The notes: a model not told the origin generated them from the letters alone. 64,000 nt of DNA from the human T2T-CHM13v2.0 reference genome, Homo sapiens (GCF_009914755.1 NC_060929.1); one strand, 5' to 3'. Positions 20,686 through 38,282 are shown, numbered from the stretch's first letter. A program made the numbers and translations.

Positions 20686-23439
20686 AAAATATGTTATCAG
20701 AATTTTATGAACAGTCTTGTTAAAGGAAATTTTACATATTTACATTGTGAATTTGTTTCTTGGCTAATCCAGTCTACTTGAGAGTAAAATTTCATTAAAC
20801 TTGGACAATGAAAATTCTTCTCCCTATAGTCAAAAGTAATAATCAATATAATTTGACTCTAAAAATTCTAAAATGCACATGACTAATTTTTTTTAGTATG
20901 AAGGAAGAATGAGGGGAAATAGGTCTGTGGCAAAGCAAATTAACTCTGATTCTATTTTTCACACATTTTGAATAAGAGATTCACACCTGCCATTTATAGA
21001 AGTGTAATTTTCACAGTCCTGAGGGTGAGTATCCACCTTCTTTATGGAAAGTTAAGCTATACAGTTTTGCAAATAGAATATTGCATTTGATTTAAGATTG
21101 TTGATTTAAGGTAAATATTTGCACAAGCATCATAGTCCATTTGTTAAGAAAAAATGATAATTCCTTAGGGCCAAGCTCATTTTCAAGATAGTGTTTCAGA
21201 TACACCCAATCAGAGAATTTGTTGGTTCCAAATTAGATAAGATTGTAGATTTTAATCTATGGAATCAGTATCTAAAGATTAAAAACATGACATCACAAGA
21301 TGCGAGAATGTTAGAATGTATTATTGAACCAACAATGAACACCATTTGTAGGCTTTTGGCTGTAGTATGTGAGAAAAATTATGCATTCTGTCTTCCTGAC
21401 ATGCTCTCTTCAGGCTTCATAATGTTGTTTTGGTAGCAGTGTAAAGTATTCTTTATTATTTTGTAAATGTGTCCTCAAAATAACAGGTATTATTTTGGTA
21501 TAATTCTAGTTAAGTAAAACTCTGGCAGAACTGTTAAGTTATAGAGTAAAAGACATTTCTACAGGTTGGTTAAACCCTTACTTATAGCTCCTATATATTA
21601 CTCTTGTGAATGGCTGCTGATACCAAGCAAAGATTTTAAGGGTTATTAATTTAACTTCTTCTGATGTACTCAACAACACTTTCTAAAAATCACATGCAGT
21701 AATTTCCTCCTACTTACTTCAAGCATTAAGTGAACAGATTTGTATAATTTTGTATGCATAATTTTATTTTAATCTATAATGTAGGTGCCATCACTAAGTT
21801 CTGCTGAAGAATTGATTACTACAAATATTTTTGTTTTCTTTAATTTGGAATATATATATAAAATCTAGGAATACAAAATGCTGTATAATGGAATCCAAAC
21901 TTTTCATTTTTTGTATTTATCCTTTAGAATAGTAAAAGTTCATGCATGCCTTTAGGACAATATTGGAGTAAGTTAGTAGAAAGAAATGTAGAATAATGCT
22001 ATTAGGTTTTCTGTGTTTTTTCACTTTCCCATATAAAATGTGGTTTCCTAAGGTTAGATGGGAAAACGACAGTTGTTTTCTAATAATCTTAATTTCTAGT
22101 TCTGCTCTCAATGTCTAGCTCTGCTCTCTACAAACCATTATTTTCATTCTTTTTTATTTAGGTAGTAATTTGATATAATTAATACACTCCCACCCAAGGC
22201 ACAGATAAAATAATTATAACAATTCATTCTAACATGTGTTCTCCTTTAATATTGTTTCACAATGAAAATATGGACCTTTGGTAAAAACATAATTTCTCCT
22301 CTTTGTTTGAAAATATAAAAATCATAGGTAGCTTTTGTGATACTAGGTGCTCAAATACTTGTAGTATTTTATGATAGAAACAACTCTGTCAAAGATTGTG
22401 TTAATCTTCTTAAGCAACAAGAATTCCTATTGGTCTTTTCCTTACACATTAAATTGAACCAAATAATTTCAAAAGTCTCAAAAGCTGTGAAATTATTATA
22501 ATAATTTGAAATGTGTCAAAGTGTGGAGTATTTATATGACAATTTCATTTAAGCTTTCAGGGCACTATTGAAACACATTTCAACCTTAAATGGCCATCCA
22601 GGCAGAGGCTTTAGAAGTAAATTGTTTACATTGATTCACAATCCCATAAGCCTTTATAGTAAACTATCCTCTTTGAATTTACAACCTTGGTTAATTCAGC
22701 AGAAAATTGCTTTCTATTTCTGAGACCCGCTTAGAAGGCTTGAGCAGATTTTTTTTTAAAAAATTGTTCTGCGATGATGATGAAGGGAGACTTGAGAATC
22801 CCTTTGAAAAATAGAATTGACTACAGACCGAACAGCCTGTGTTTATGGATAACTGAGCTTCACACCTCTCACTGAAGGTGAGAAAGTCCTATTGAAGATG
22901 ACAAAGTCCTTATCACAGTGCCTGGTACAAGGTGGGTACCCAAATGTGTGTCCCTATAAGACAGCAGCAAAGAAACTGTTACTCCTCAAAAACTCTCATC
23001 TCCACTGAATGGGTATAGGAAATAGAATCTTCCTGTACTTAAGCAACTTTTAAATAGCACTTTATACACTCTCAAAAGATCAATTACATCAGAGTAGCTA
23101 TGGCTTGTGAAAGTAAAAAAGGGAAGTGAGCAATATCTTAAGAATACCTGGCAGATAAGAAATGCAGCTGTTATGATTGCCTAACTGACCACCTGTTTCC
23201 TGTTGAAGGAGCCAGTTGTACTAGTGGAGAGATTTTAAAAGGAATTAAAATACATTCTTCAAATTTACATCAAAATGGATATCATACTATCTACTGTTTC
23301 ATGATTAAGAACACATACAAAGCCCTTCTTTTATCATGCCTATAGTTCCTGGTGTTCCTGAAAAGTTATAGTGAGACTCAACTATGTACTGAAAGAAAGG
23401 AGAGGTAGAAATCATACTCAGCAGCAAATGGGATGCCTG

Positions 23440-23645
23440 AATCTGAATCCCAGCTCTGCAGTTTACTAACCATGTGACTGTAGAAAATGTTCCAATCTCT
23501 CTTATTTTTCTCATCTCTTAAATGGTGATACTAATAATAGTTACATCCTAGGGTGTTGTGAGAACGAAATGAGTTAATATATGCTAAGCATTCAGAACAG
23601 CCTGCCAAATAATGAACACTACGTAAGCATTGACTTATTAATATT
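23440..23645 (+). mobile_element. MIR
   Basis: gaatcccagctctgc...tttctcatctcttaaatgg...tgttgtgagaacgaaatgagttaatatatgctaagca (MIR core). Confidence 0.85.
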
Positions 23646-23960
23646 TTGTTATTACTTTATAAGCACGAATTTTCTGTAATCAGGGAAAGAAAGAGAAAAG
23701 CAAAGAAACCTTGATGTTCCAAGCAAGTAAATACTCAAGTTCATCCAGTTGTGTTTCTATCAAATGTGAGGGGTTTAGGAGTAGACTATCTTCTTTATTT
23801 TATACCTGATGGAACTTAGGCAAAAGGGAATAACTGGCTTGTATCAGATGATGTCAGTCATTGATTCAGTCACTTTCAGAGCTTTTCTTTTTATTTTTCT
23901 TTCCATGATGAGCATTTACTCTTTCAACAGCCAAAGATCATTTCCACGTTCTTCTGGTAA

Positions 23961-24449
23961 TGAAACTGAGCAGGTGTCCCACAGAGCTGATGTTCGTGGT
24001 TTCTTTGAATAAACATAGAAGTTGGCCCTCCCAGTTTTAAAACCTGAGAAAGTTGCATTTGTCTTATCTGAGTTCCTTTCCAAGGAAACCAGCCATCAGG
24101 CCTCCCAGATAGTAGCAAGGAGCTGAAAGTCACCAGATCACTGCATTTGGACAATCAGATGCCCGACACTTTATCTGTTAAGTTTGCCTAACTGACCACT
24201 TGCTTCCCATTGACCAGCTGCTCTTCTTTACCCCTCCCTAATTCCTGTTTTCCCACACATGGTTACATTTCTTCCCTGCTATATAAGCTCCTAATTTTAG
24301 TCAGTCAGGGAGATGGATTTGAGACCTCCTGGCCTCTTGGCTGCAGCACTCTATTAAAGGCTTCATCTTTGGCAATACTTGTTTCAGTGATAGGCTTTCC
24401 GTGAAGCAAGAAACAGGATCTAGACCGAACATCTGGTGTTTTGGTAACA
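23961..24449 (+). mobile_element. ERV solo LTR (LTR47/MER39-like; family tentative)
   Basis: TG...CA termini, 4-bp TSD gtaa (23957-60, 24450-53), tatataag near 24280, attaaa near 24353. Confidence 0.88.
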
Positions 24450-24729
24450 GTAAGTGAACACAATTTCCTTTGAAAGTTGTCCCTCGCTGACAAGGATGCC
24501 AGTTGTATTTCACCAAGCCCGGTAAGGGTCATTGACCTGCGCCTGGCCAGGCAGCCAACGTATTGTTGGATGAATGTTACAAAAGAAGGGCTGCTGATCT
24601 TTTATATGGCGCTTAATATATAAATACTGGATAACAGAAGCACACTTTACTCTGAGATCAGTGGGCTGACATCATGTAAACTTAAGGCTGTCTACAAATA
24701 TGGCATTCCCATTTTTATCTTCCATCTGA

Positions 24730-24956
24730 GGGAAGCCCAGCAGCAATGGAGGAAATGAGGCCAACACATAAAGTGAAGCAGAGCTAATTGATGAAAGAAG
24801 AATTCTGATGGTATCATTTAAGTATCTGGAGTCTTGAGACCTTTCCTACATCTGGATTTCCAACATATGAAAGCTAATAAATTGCTCATTTTTTTGCTTA
24901 ATCTATTTTTACTTGAAGTTCTGTCAATTGTGATGAACAGAGAGCCAACTAAAACA
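24730..24956 (+). mobile_element. MLT1J/K-like LTR 3' half
   Basis: gaggccaacaca...agctaataaattgctc...ttttgcttaatcta...ccaactaaaaca. Confidence 0.65.
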
Positions 24957-25555
24957 AAAATACTGCAAATGGAAAAATCCTAAAATGTAGATTTGACAGA
25001 ATAGAAAAGGGAGTGAAGGGAAGTATGGCTCTTACATTTTACAATAACGCAATAGCAAAGCAGCTGGTAGATCTATAACCTATTATACCTTGGGTCTTGA
25101 ACCATATATCAACCAAGGGTGGCACTTCATGGGCATGGTAGAGAAACATCATGTTGTTAATGTGTTTATTACCTCTTGTAGCTTCCAGTAACATCCAAAT
25201 GGAAAGTGCTAAATGTTTAGTCTAAGCCGTTATAAATGAGAGCACATAGAGAAAAATATACATCTTTAGGAAAGGTGGCTGAACTGCAACCAATGACTGG
25301 CAAAGATTAGATAATCATAAGGTTTGCAGGATTAAAATTCAATTCCCTTTTATAGACCAAGTTGGATTATCTTTCTAGATTAATTAGTTAATCTAAAATG
25401 TCAAACACTGTGAGAAATAAAGTTGGAAGTTAGGATTCAGGGCAATAGGTTGGGGAATGGGAGCATGTGTGATCCTCCGGGCCTCTTACAAACACCTGGT
25501 GCTTTGCAAACTCTTACACAACACAAGTATAATTTCATACATTAAAATGTGTGTT

Positions 25556-25930
25556 TTAAGCCTTGGACCCATTAGTTATTTTTCCTGACCCTCTCCTTCC
25601 TTCCTACTTTCTACCCTCCAAAAGGCCCCAGTGTGTGTCATTCCCCTCTATGTGTCCATGTGTTCTCATCTTTTAGCTCCCACTTATAAGTGAGAACATG
25701 CAATATTTGAGCTTCTGCTCCTGCATTAGTTTGCTAAGGATAACGGCCACCAGCTACATCCATGTCCCTGCAAAGGACATGATATTTACAACAAACCCCC
25801 ATGACACAAGTTTACCTATGTAACAAATCTGTACTTGTACCCCTGAACTTAAAATACCCCCATGACACAGATTTGTTACCTATGTAACAAATCTGTACTT
25901 GTACCCCTGAACTTAAAATAAAAGTTTAAA
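25556..25930 (+). mobile_element. Short L1PA (about PA13) 3'UTR insertion with 5' inversion and internal tandem duplication
   Basis: 25556-25783 antisense L1 3' region, 25787-25930 sense terminus; TSD-like taaaatgtgtgtttt / taaaaagtgtgctttt. Confidence 0.88.
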
Positions 25931-27901
25931 AAGTGTGCTTTTTTACTAGACGGAAGCTTGGAGGCAGAGGGAACGTATATCCATCAACATCCCTGCCTTT
26001 TTCTATTTTCTATTGGTATTAGACAAACACCAACACAATCTTTTAAGTTGAAAATTAGGAATAAGGACAACACTCGCATGCCAATTACTAAGGGTCAGAA
26101 AATACTCAAATGCTGCCTCAATTTGAAATTCTGACTGGTAAAAATTCTGGCCTTGATTACTAGCTAATGCAATTAATAAGAGCCAGCCAATTACAGTTTT
26201 ATGGAAGTTGAATTGTCAGAGAAATCTAATTTTGGCATCCAGTAGCTTCTGACTGCCCAAAACTTAAGTTAATTTTTCTTTTAGGTTAACATTTATATGG
26301 AATGGAAAAGGATGTTTGAGACAAAATAATAAGGTCAGAGATCATTAAAAGGAAACATTATAGATTTGACAACATTAAAATGTGAAACAATGGCATCTCA
26401 GAAACGAACACAAATGTAAAAGACAAACTGAAAATATTAGTCACATAAGCCTTAGTATATTTCATAAATCAATATAAATTGATGAATGCACTAATAGAAA
26501 AATAGGAAAAAGTGACAAATATTCAATTCAGATCAAAGAAAAACTAGCCATTAAACATTTAATAAAATAAAATGTATTAATAAAATAAATGCATTAATGG
26601 GATAGTTTTTTATCTATCAAACTAGCAAAGGATTTAAGGAAATGAGCACCTTTATACACTGTAGTGTGGGGCAGAAAGAAATTCTTTAAACATTTTCATC
26701 AAACAACTTGTCAAGAGTTTTTTTTTGAAACTTTAAAGTAGCTATAACTTTTAACCTAGTAAATCTTTTCCTACAAGTTAATGCAATAAATAGCAAATAG
26801 AAAGATGGGCAAAAATCTATATACTTAATAAAATATATTTATCTGCATTGTTTACAATCCTTTTAAAATTTTTTTATTATTAAAAAGTTATGAACACATA
26901 TAGTTGTACATATTTATAGGGTACATGTGAAATTTTGATATAAGCATATCGTGTGTCATGATCAAATCAGGGTAATTGGGGTATCCATTACCTCAAGCAT
27001 TTATTATTTTTTCTTCCAGTTCTACTCTTTAAGTTACTTTGAAATGACCAATACATTTTTACCTATAACTATGTTAGTATACCACCAAACACTAGATCTT
27101 ATTTACTAACCATCTCCTCTTTATGCCCTCCTCCCCACCACCCATTTCAGCCTCAGGTAATCATCATTTTACTCTCTGTCTCCATTAGTTCAATTCTTTT
27201 TTAGCACTTACATGTTACAGAGAACATGCAATATTTGTGTTTATGTGCCTCTTTTACTTCACTTAACATAATGTCTTCAAGTTCTATCCATATTGTAAAA
27301 AATGACAGAAATTCATTATTTTTATGGCTGAATAGTATTTCATCACAAATATGCTCCACATTTTCTTTATCCATTCATCCCTTGGTGGCCACTTAGGTTG
27401 ATTTCATATCTTGGCTATTACGAATAGTGCTGGAATAAGCATGGGAGTGCAGATAGCTCTTCAATATACTGATTGCCTTTATTTTGGATGTATATCCAGC
27501 AGTGGGATTGCTGCTGGATGATATGGTAGTTATATTTTTTGGTTCCTTGAAGCACCTCTGTATTGTTCTCCATAGTGGCTGTAATCTACATTCCCACCAA
27601 CAGTGTACGAGGGTTTCCCTTTCTCAACATCATCACCAGCATTCATTATTGCTTGTCTTTTTTATAAAAGCCATATTACCTGGGGTAAGATGATATCTTG
27701 TTGTAGTTTTAAGTTGCATTTCCCTGATGGTTAGTGATGGTGAGCATTTTTTTTCATATGTCTATTGGCCACTCGTAGGTCTTCTTTTCAGAAATGTCTA
27801 TTCATAACTTTGGCTCATTTAAAAATTTGATTATTTGTCTTTATCCTATTGAGTTGTTTGAGCACCTTATATATTCTGGCTTTTAATCCTCTGTGAGATG
27901 G

Positions 27902-30587
<2,686 letters not shown>

Positions 30588-31195
30588 GATGGGTAGTCTG
30601 CAAATATTTTCTCCCATTCTGTGAATAGTCTCTTCACTCTATTGATTGTTTCCTTTGGTGTGCAGAAGATTTCTAGCTTGATGTGATCCCATTTGTCCAT
30701 TTTTGCTTTGATTATATATGATTTTCAGGTTTTACTCAAGAAATCTTTGTCTAGACCAATGTCCTGGAGTATCTTCCCAATGTTTTCATAAAACTGACAT
30801 GAACAGCAACTGAATTGCTGGACTGGTTTAGTCACCAGAAGTGGAAGTCTTCGTGGCGTACCTTTGAAGTATTGTAGTGGAGACAACAAGGAAGAAAGAC
30901 CCTACAGTGAGCAGAGCTCTGGGCAGCAAGATTGGCAGAACAAAGAACTTACATAAAGTTCAAGGGGTAGGAAAACTTCTTCTACCCACCTGGATATGTT
31001 ATGGACCAGAAACCACTATTGCCAGTACCTTTTCCTCTGTTTCTAAGTGGAAAACACTTATAATCATTCCTCCCACTATGATTTGGATAAGTTAATCACA
31101 TTTTATAAGATCCCAAAAAACCAGTTCTGAATCTTATCAGAGATCCTGCATTTGGAATTGGATAAAGGAACGAGATGTTATTGGATAGCAACTAG

Positions 31196-31588
<393 letters not shown>

Positions 31589-31609
31589 TAGTTGAGGAAT
31601 TTTTGAAAT

Positions 31610-32337
31610 CAGTAGTTTCCCTCTTATCTACAGGGGATATGTTCCAAGACCCCCATTGTATGCCCAAACCACTGATGGTACCCAACCAGATTGCCATCAA
31701 TTGGAATACATTTCTGTTTACATATTCCACCCACAAACTTAATATCTTTTCCATTTTAACTTAGCACTTATCACGCGGCCATAACTTTTCCAATTTGAAG
31801 TGCAACAGCAAAACTAGCACGGATTCCTGTTCCTTCTTCACAATCTCATGGATAGAAGATTTGTTCTTACTGTAGATCTTAGCAACTTCAGCATATGATT
31901 TTTTTTCTTTCCTTATTAACTCAAAACTTCTACATCTCCACTTAAATGAAGCACTTTAGGGATTCTTTTTGCCATATCCAAATTGCCAGGATTACTACTC
32001 TCATGCATGGGCCATTATTAAGTAAACTAAGGGTTCCTTGAACATAAGGAGTACCCATACCTCTATGGTCTGAAAGCAAAGTCAGCTAATAAGTGATGCA
32101 GGCTGGTAACTTCTACAGTGTGGATACACTGGACAAAGAAATGATTCATGTCCTGGGCTGGATGAATCAGGATGCGTGAGATTTCATCATGCTACTCAGA
32201 ACGGTGTGTAATTTAAAACTTAACAATTGGTATTTCTGGAATTTTCTACTTCATATTTTCTAGAATGTAGTTGATCTCAGGTAAGTAAAGCAAACCACGG
32301 ATAATAGAAAGCAGAACCACAGATAAGAGAGGATATA
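31610..32337 (+). mobile_element. MER44-like (TcMar-Tigger) DNA transposon
   Basis: cagtagtttccctcttatctacaggggatatgttccaagacccc start; accacagataagagagg end (inverted repeat of start). Confidence 0.85.
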
Positions 32338-32599
32338 TGGTTCAAAGACTAAATAAAAAGGGAAATTGGAAAGATCATAATCTTAGACAATTTGACATTT
32401 CAGATATAAATACGACGCACACACATATAAAGAACATAGAGTCAAAGTGACAAATATTGTCAGTTCTTTCTTATATTACATCATAAATCAGTAGAATTCA
32501 GATTTATATTCCAATAGGGATTACAATAAAATTTGACAAGACGAACCTAAAACTTAAAATTAAAAAAAAATGTGAAAATCACCAGAACAAATTTTACTT

Positions 32600-34040
32600 C
32601 ATTAAAAAATTAATAGCATTATTGAAATATAATTGACATACAGTAAAGTGCATATATTTAAGTGCATACATTTTGATAAATTTTGACCCTACAGTTAAGA
32701 CAGTGAACATATACATCATTCCTAGAAGTTTCTTTGCATCCTTTGTAATCCTTCCCTTCTGACTCTCCCTACCACTGGATGGGTATAGATAGATTTGTAA
32801 ATTAATGTTTTTTGTCTTTCATTATTTTAAAGATGTTGCTCCACTATCTGCAGGTTCTTGTTGTTTTGGATAAGAAATCTGATGCCATCCTCATCTTTAT
32901 TTCTTTACGTTATATAATGTCTGTTTTTCTCTGCTTTTAAAATGTTGTCTTTATCACTAGCTTTAGGCCATATGATTATGATATGCTTGGTGAAGATTTT
33001 AAATTATGCGTCTTTCGACCTTTGGGTTTGTTGAACTTTTTCATACTGTGCACTATAGGGTTTTTTTTTTCTGTTTTTAAAATCAAATTTGTAAGATATT
33101 TTAGTCACAACCTCTTCAGCTTTTTTTTTCTGTACCATTTCTCTCCTTTCCTCCTGGGATACTAATCACACATAAGGTAGGCTGCTTGAAGTTGTCACGC
33201 TGTTCCCTTATCTTCTCTTCATTATTATTTTTTAGGGTTTTGCTGTTTCATATTCTATAGTTTCTATTTCTATGTGTTCCAGTTTATTGATTATTTCTCC
33301 TGCAATATCCAATCAGCCATCAAATCCTTCCAGAGTATTTTTTATTTCTGTACGAATTTTCAGTTTTGGAATTTTGATTTGGAGTATTTTTTAACCTTCT
33401 ATGTTTCTACTTAACATGCTCAATCTTTCCTCTAGCTTTTCAGTCATGTGAAACACAGCTATAAAAAGTATTTTAATGCCTATTAATAATAATGTGTGTG
33501 TTAATTCTAGTTTGCTGCTGATTGGTTGCTTTTCCGCCTAATTTGGGGTTGGATTTTCCTGCTTTTTATATGGTTTTTCTATAGAATGCCAGCCATTGTT
33601 GATTTTATCTTCTTAGGTGCTGGGGATTTTTTCATTGCGATAAATACGAATGACCTTTGTTCTGAGATGCAGTTAAGTTATTTAGGAAGAGTTCTTATTC
33701 CTGAGATTTATTAGGTAGTATCACAGCAGTATGTATACTAGAGTAATTAGAGGTGTCTTAGGTTCCTTGGATTTCCAGCTTTATCATCTCAAATCAGGAA
33801 GTCTACCAGGCTGTGTCTGGGTCTTTTCTTCCTGCTCCACTGGCTGGAATACTGAAGGCAGTAAGCTGTGGCAACTGCAGAGCTAAGCTTGTTTATTTCC
33901 TATTTTTCAGTGATCATTGTCCTTTTTTCCTGATATCCAATATCTTGAAAACTATAGTTTCATACATTTTACCCTGATTTTCATTGTTTCTGCTAGCAGG
34001 GTAAACCTGGTCCTTTTTGTTCTGTCTCAGTTGAAAGTAT
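32600..34040 (-). mobile_element. Old L1M fragments (3'UTR piece plus ORF1/5' region)
   Basis: attattgaaatataattgacatacagtaaagtgcatatattt; ataagaaatctgatgccatc. Confidence 0.65.
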
Positions 34041-34099
34041 AAATAAACCAAGATGATTTGGAGCAAAAGATGTGAGAAAATTTGCTCTATAAGAAAATA

Positions 34100-34327
34100 C
34101 AGTCATGTATCACTTAATTACAGGGATTCATTCTGAGAGCAGTAGGTTAGCTTACACCAGCGTCATCACAAACACATGAGTAATGCATTGCACTATAGTG
34201 TTAGGATGGCCATGATATCACTGGGTGAGAGGAATTTTTTTCAGTTCCATTATAATCTTATGGGACCACTCTCAAACAGACAATTCATTGTTGACCAAAA
34301 CAATGGTATGCAGTCAGTGCATGACTA
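34100..34327 (+). mobile_element. Tigger3-derived MITE (internally deleted)
   Basis: TA followed by cagtcatgtatcacttaa...ttctgag; ends gtgcatgacta (TIR). Confidence 0.8.
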
Positions 34328-34329
34328 AT

Positions 34330-35900
<1,571 letters not shown>

Positions 35901-36377
35901 ATTACTATACAAACCAGTGCTAAAATGAATTATAATATGGGAATAAGCATGCATATGGGGTCTGTATATGCATGCTAGGAGGCCACTTAGTGGAATGTAG
36001 TGGGTGCCTCTTATTTTTGTACACAGCATCCCTTTCTCCTTTTCCAGTTAATAGGACAATTAAATTCCTTTTTATAGTTTTATTTTGCATAAACTAATTC
36101 AAATTGGGTTTGTGTCATTTGTAACTGAACAAGTCCTTATTTTCTAACACATTTTCCGTTTTGTTGTCATTGTGTTTTAAAAATGTAAAAACAGCACATT
36201 ACTATGCAACTTCCAGTTTATCTTGAAGAAATGAGTCACCACCCAAGTATGGAGCATGAGCTTTATCTCACGGGATTGGAAAGGCAGACTGGGAAAGGAA
36301 TGACACTTTGGAAATTTACTTTGAGAAATGTCTGTATTATTAAACAGAATAAGGTTTTCATTTCTGTATTCTTTCAG

Positions 36378-36428
36378 CGAAGCTACTAATCTGAGCAACG
36401 TGGAATTAAAATTGTAGACTAATAAAAG
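36378..36428 (+). other. Candidate 51-nt exon (non-coding or pseudo-exon)
   Basis: Acceptor ttttcatttctgtattctttcag|, donor AAG|gtaaga, then an 89-nt intron to acceptor ttgcttcttatttcccttctgtcaacag| (36517). Stops in all frames; no transcript evidence. Confidence 0.3.
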
Positions 36429-36716
36429 GTAAGATATATAAGAGTAAAGTATATAAGATTCTAACAATAGAGATTTTGATAATGGGTAGTTGCTTCTTAT
36501 TTCCCTTCTGTCAACAGCCACGCCTCGAGAGCCCAGCTCCGGGACCCTGGCACCAGGGGAAGCTCCCATGACAGATTACTGTGGTCTCTTGCATGCTGCT
36601 ATAGATTGCAATACTGAGACCATGATAACCTGCCACTCCCCAAAATATTCTTGTCTTGCCTACTTGCTCAAATATTGGAGGATCTGAAGAAATTACGAAG
36701 AAGTTTTGATCCTTAG

Positions 36717-37184
36717 TAATCAGTGAGGATTGTCCAGAAAAATAGAACCAATAGGATGTGCGTATATATATGTAAATGAAAGAGATTTATTTTAAAGAAT
36801 TGGCTTATGAGATTTTCCAGACTTGGTGTGTCCAAATTCTGATGAGGAAGCCTGGAAGGCTGAAGACTTAGGAAAGAGTTGCAATTTGTGTCCAAAGGCA
36901 GTCTGCTGGTGAGCCAGGAAGAACTGATGTTGCAGATGAAATCTAAAGGTAGGTACTCTGTTGTCAGAATTTCCTCTTGCTTGCAGGAGGTCAGGCTTTT
37001 GTCTACACGGGCCTGCAACTGATTGAATGGGGCTTGCCCACATTGTAGGGGATACTCTACTCAAAGTTCACCAGTTTAAAGGTAGATCTCACTGAAAACA
37101 CCTGCACAGAAACAATCATAATGTACAACCACATATCTGGGCACTGTGGCACAGCTGTGTTGACACATAAAATTAACCATCACA
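36717..37184 (-). mobile_element. MLT2-family (ERVL) solo LTR
   Basis: ccagaaaaatagaaccaatagg...ttgacacataaaattaaccatcaca; 5-bp TSD cttag (36712-16, 37185-89). Confidence 0.88.
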
Positions 37185-38242
37185 CTTAGTCTAACATCTT
37201 TCAAGCATTTCCAAATCGGTTTTAATTTACTGGTGGACCTATGACTTATATTGAAAATTTTAAATGAAAATAATAAAATTCTTTTGAAAAATAAAGATAA
37301 TATAGTTATGTACATTAAAACAAAAACTTTATATGACTACCTGATTATGAAAAATGGTATTAATTAAATAATTATTTTTGGTACATATTTGGAATTTTAA
37401 TCTTTCTTGGCCATATCTCTAATATTATGTCACTGGAGTTCTTTAGCAAAAAAATATATTTTTAGTATGGTCCTACTTTTTCTTTTTCTTGTAACATTCG
37501 TTCAGTATTTTTAAAGTTGTATGTCATGGCAAATCAATTTCTGATAATCTCAGAGCAAATTCTACAAACTGGAAAACACAGTCAATTGTAATTCTTTTCA
37601 TAAAGAAATACATAAATATTTTAACAGAAGTATTGTCATAAGTATAATATTTTTGTCTCCATGTAGACTACCATGTTGACAAATATTTTTAGAAGACATC
37701 AAATAATTTGCCACCATTTATGATTGTGTTTAATATTTTGTCAGATGTAAATGCTGCAAGTACGTAGGGCTTCTGAATGTTATTTCATTCAAGTGGAGGA
37801 TATAAACATATCCAATACAAATAGAAGTTCCAATTTTTTCATAAGTCAAGATATTCCAAGATGCAATTAAATCTCAAATTTTAATTTCATATGCTCTTTG
37901 AGCTCTTGTTTAATTTGATTGGTTCCCGTGTGGCTTTTTAAAGTAAAATTTTGTTGTATGGCATACATACTGAAAAGTGAACAAGTCATAAATTATACAG
38001 GTTGGTGAAATTTCACTAAGTGATCAACACCAGTGTAACTACCATGTAGATCAAATCAAGAAATAGATTATTATCAGGTTCCCAGAAAGTTCATCCTCAT
38101 ATCTCCTTCACATCAGTGACTATTGCCTAATGCAGTGACTATTTGCATTCATAGTTGTTGGGGGGTTTTTCAGCTCAGAAAAATAATTATTGCCCATTAT
38201 CCATATTATTAGGATATTATAATAGTGAAGTAGTTCAGTGTG

Positions 38243-38244
<2 letters not shown>

Positions 38245-38282
<38 letters not shown>

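Noticed and set aside
22162-22280. Strong acceptor with a gtaaaa donor
   Set aside because: Weak donor, stops in all frames; such tracts are common in AT-rich DNA.
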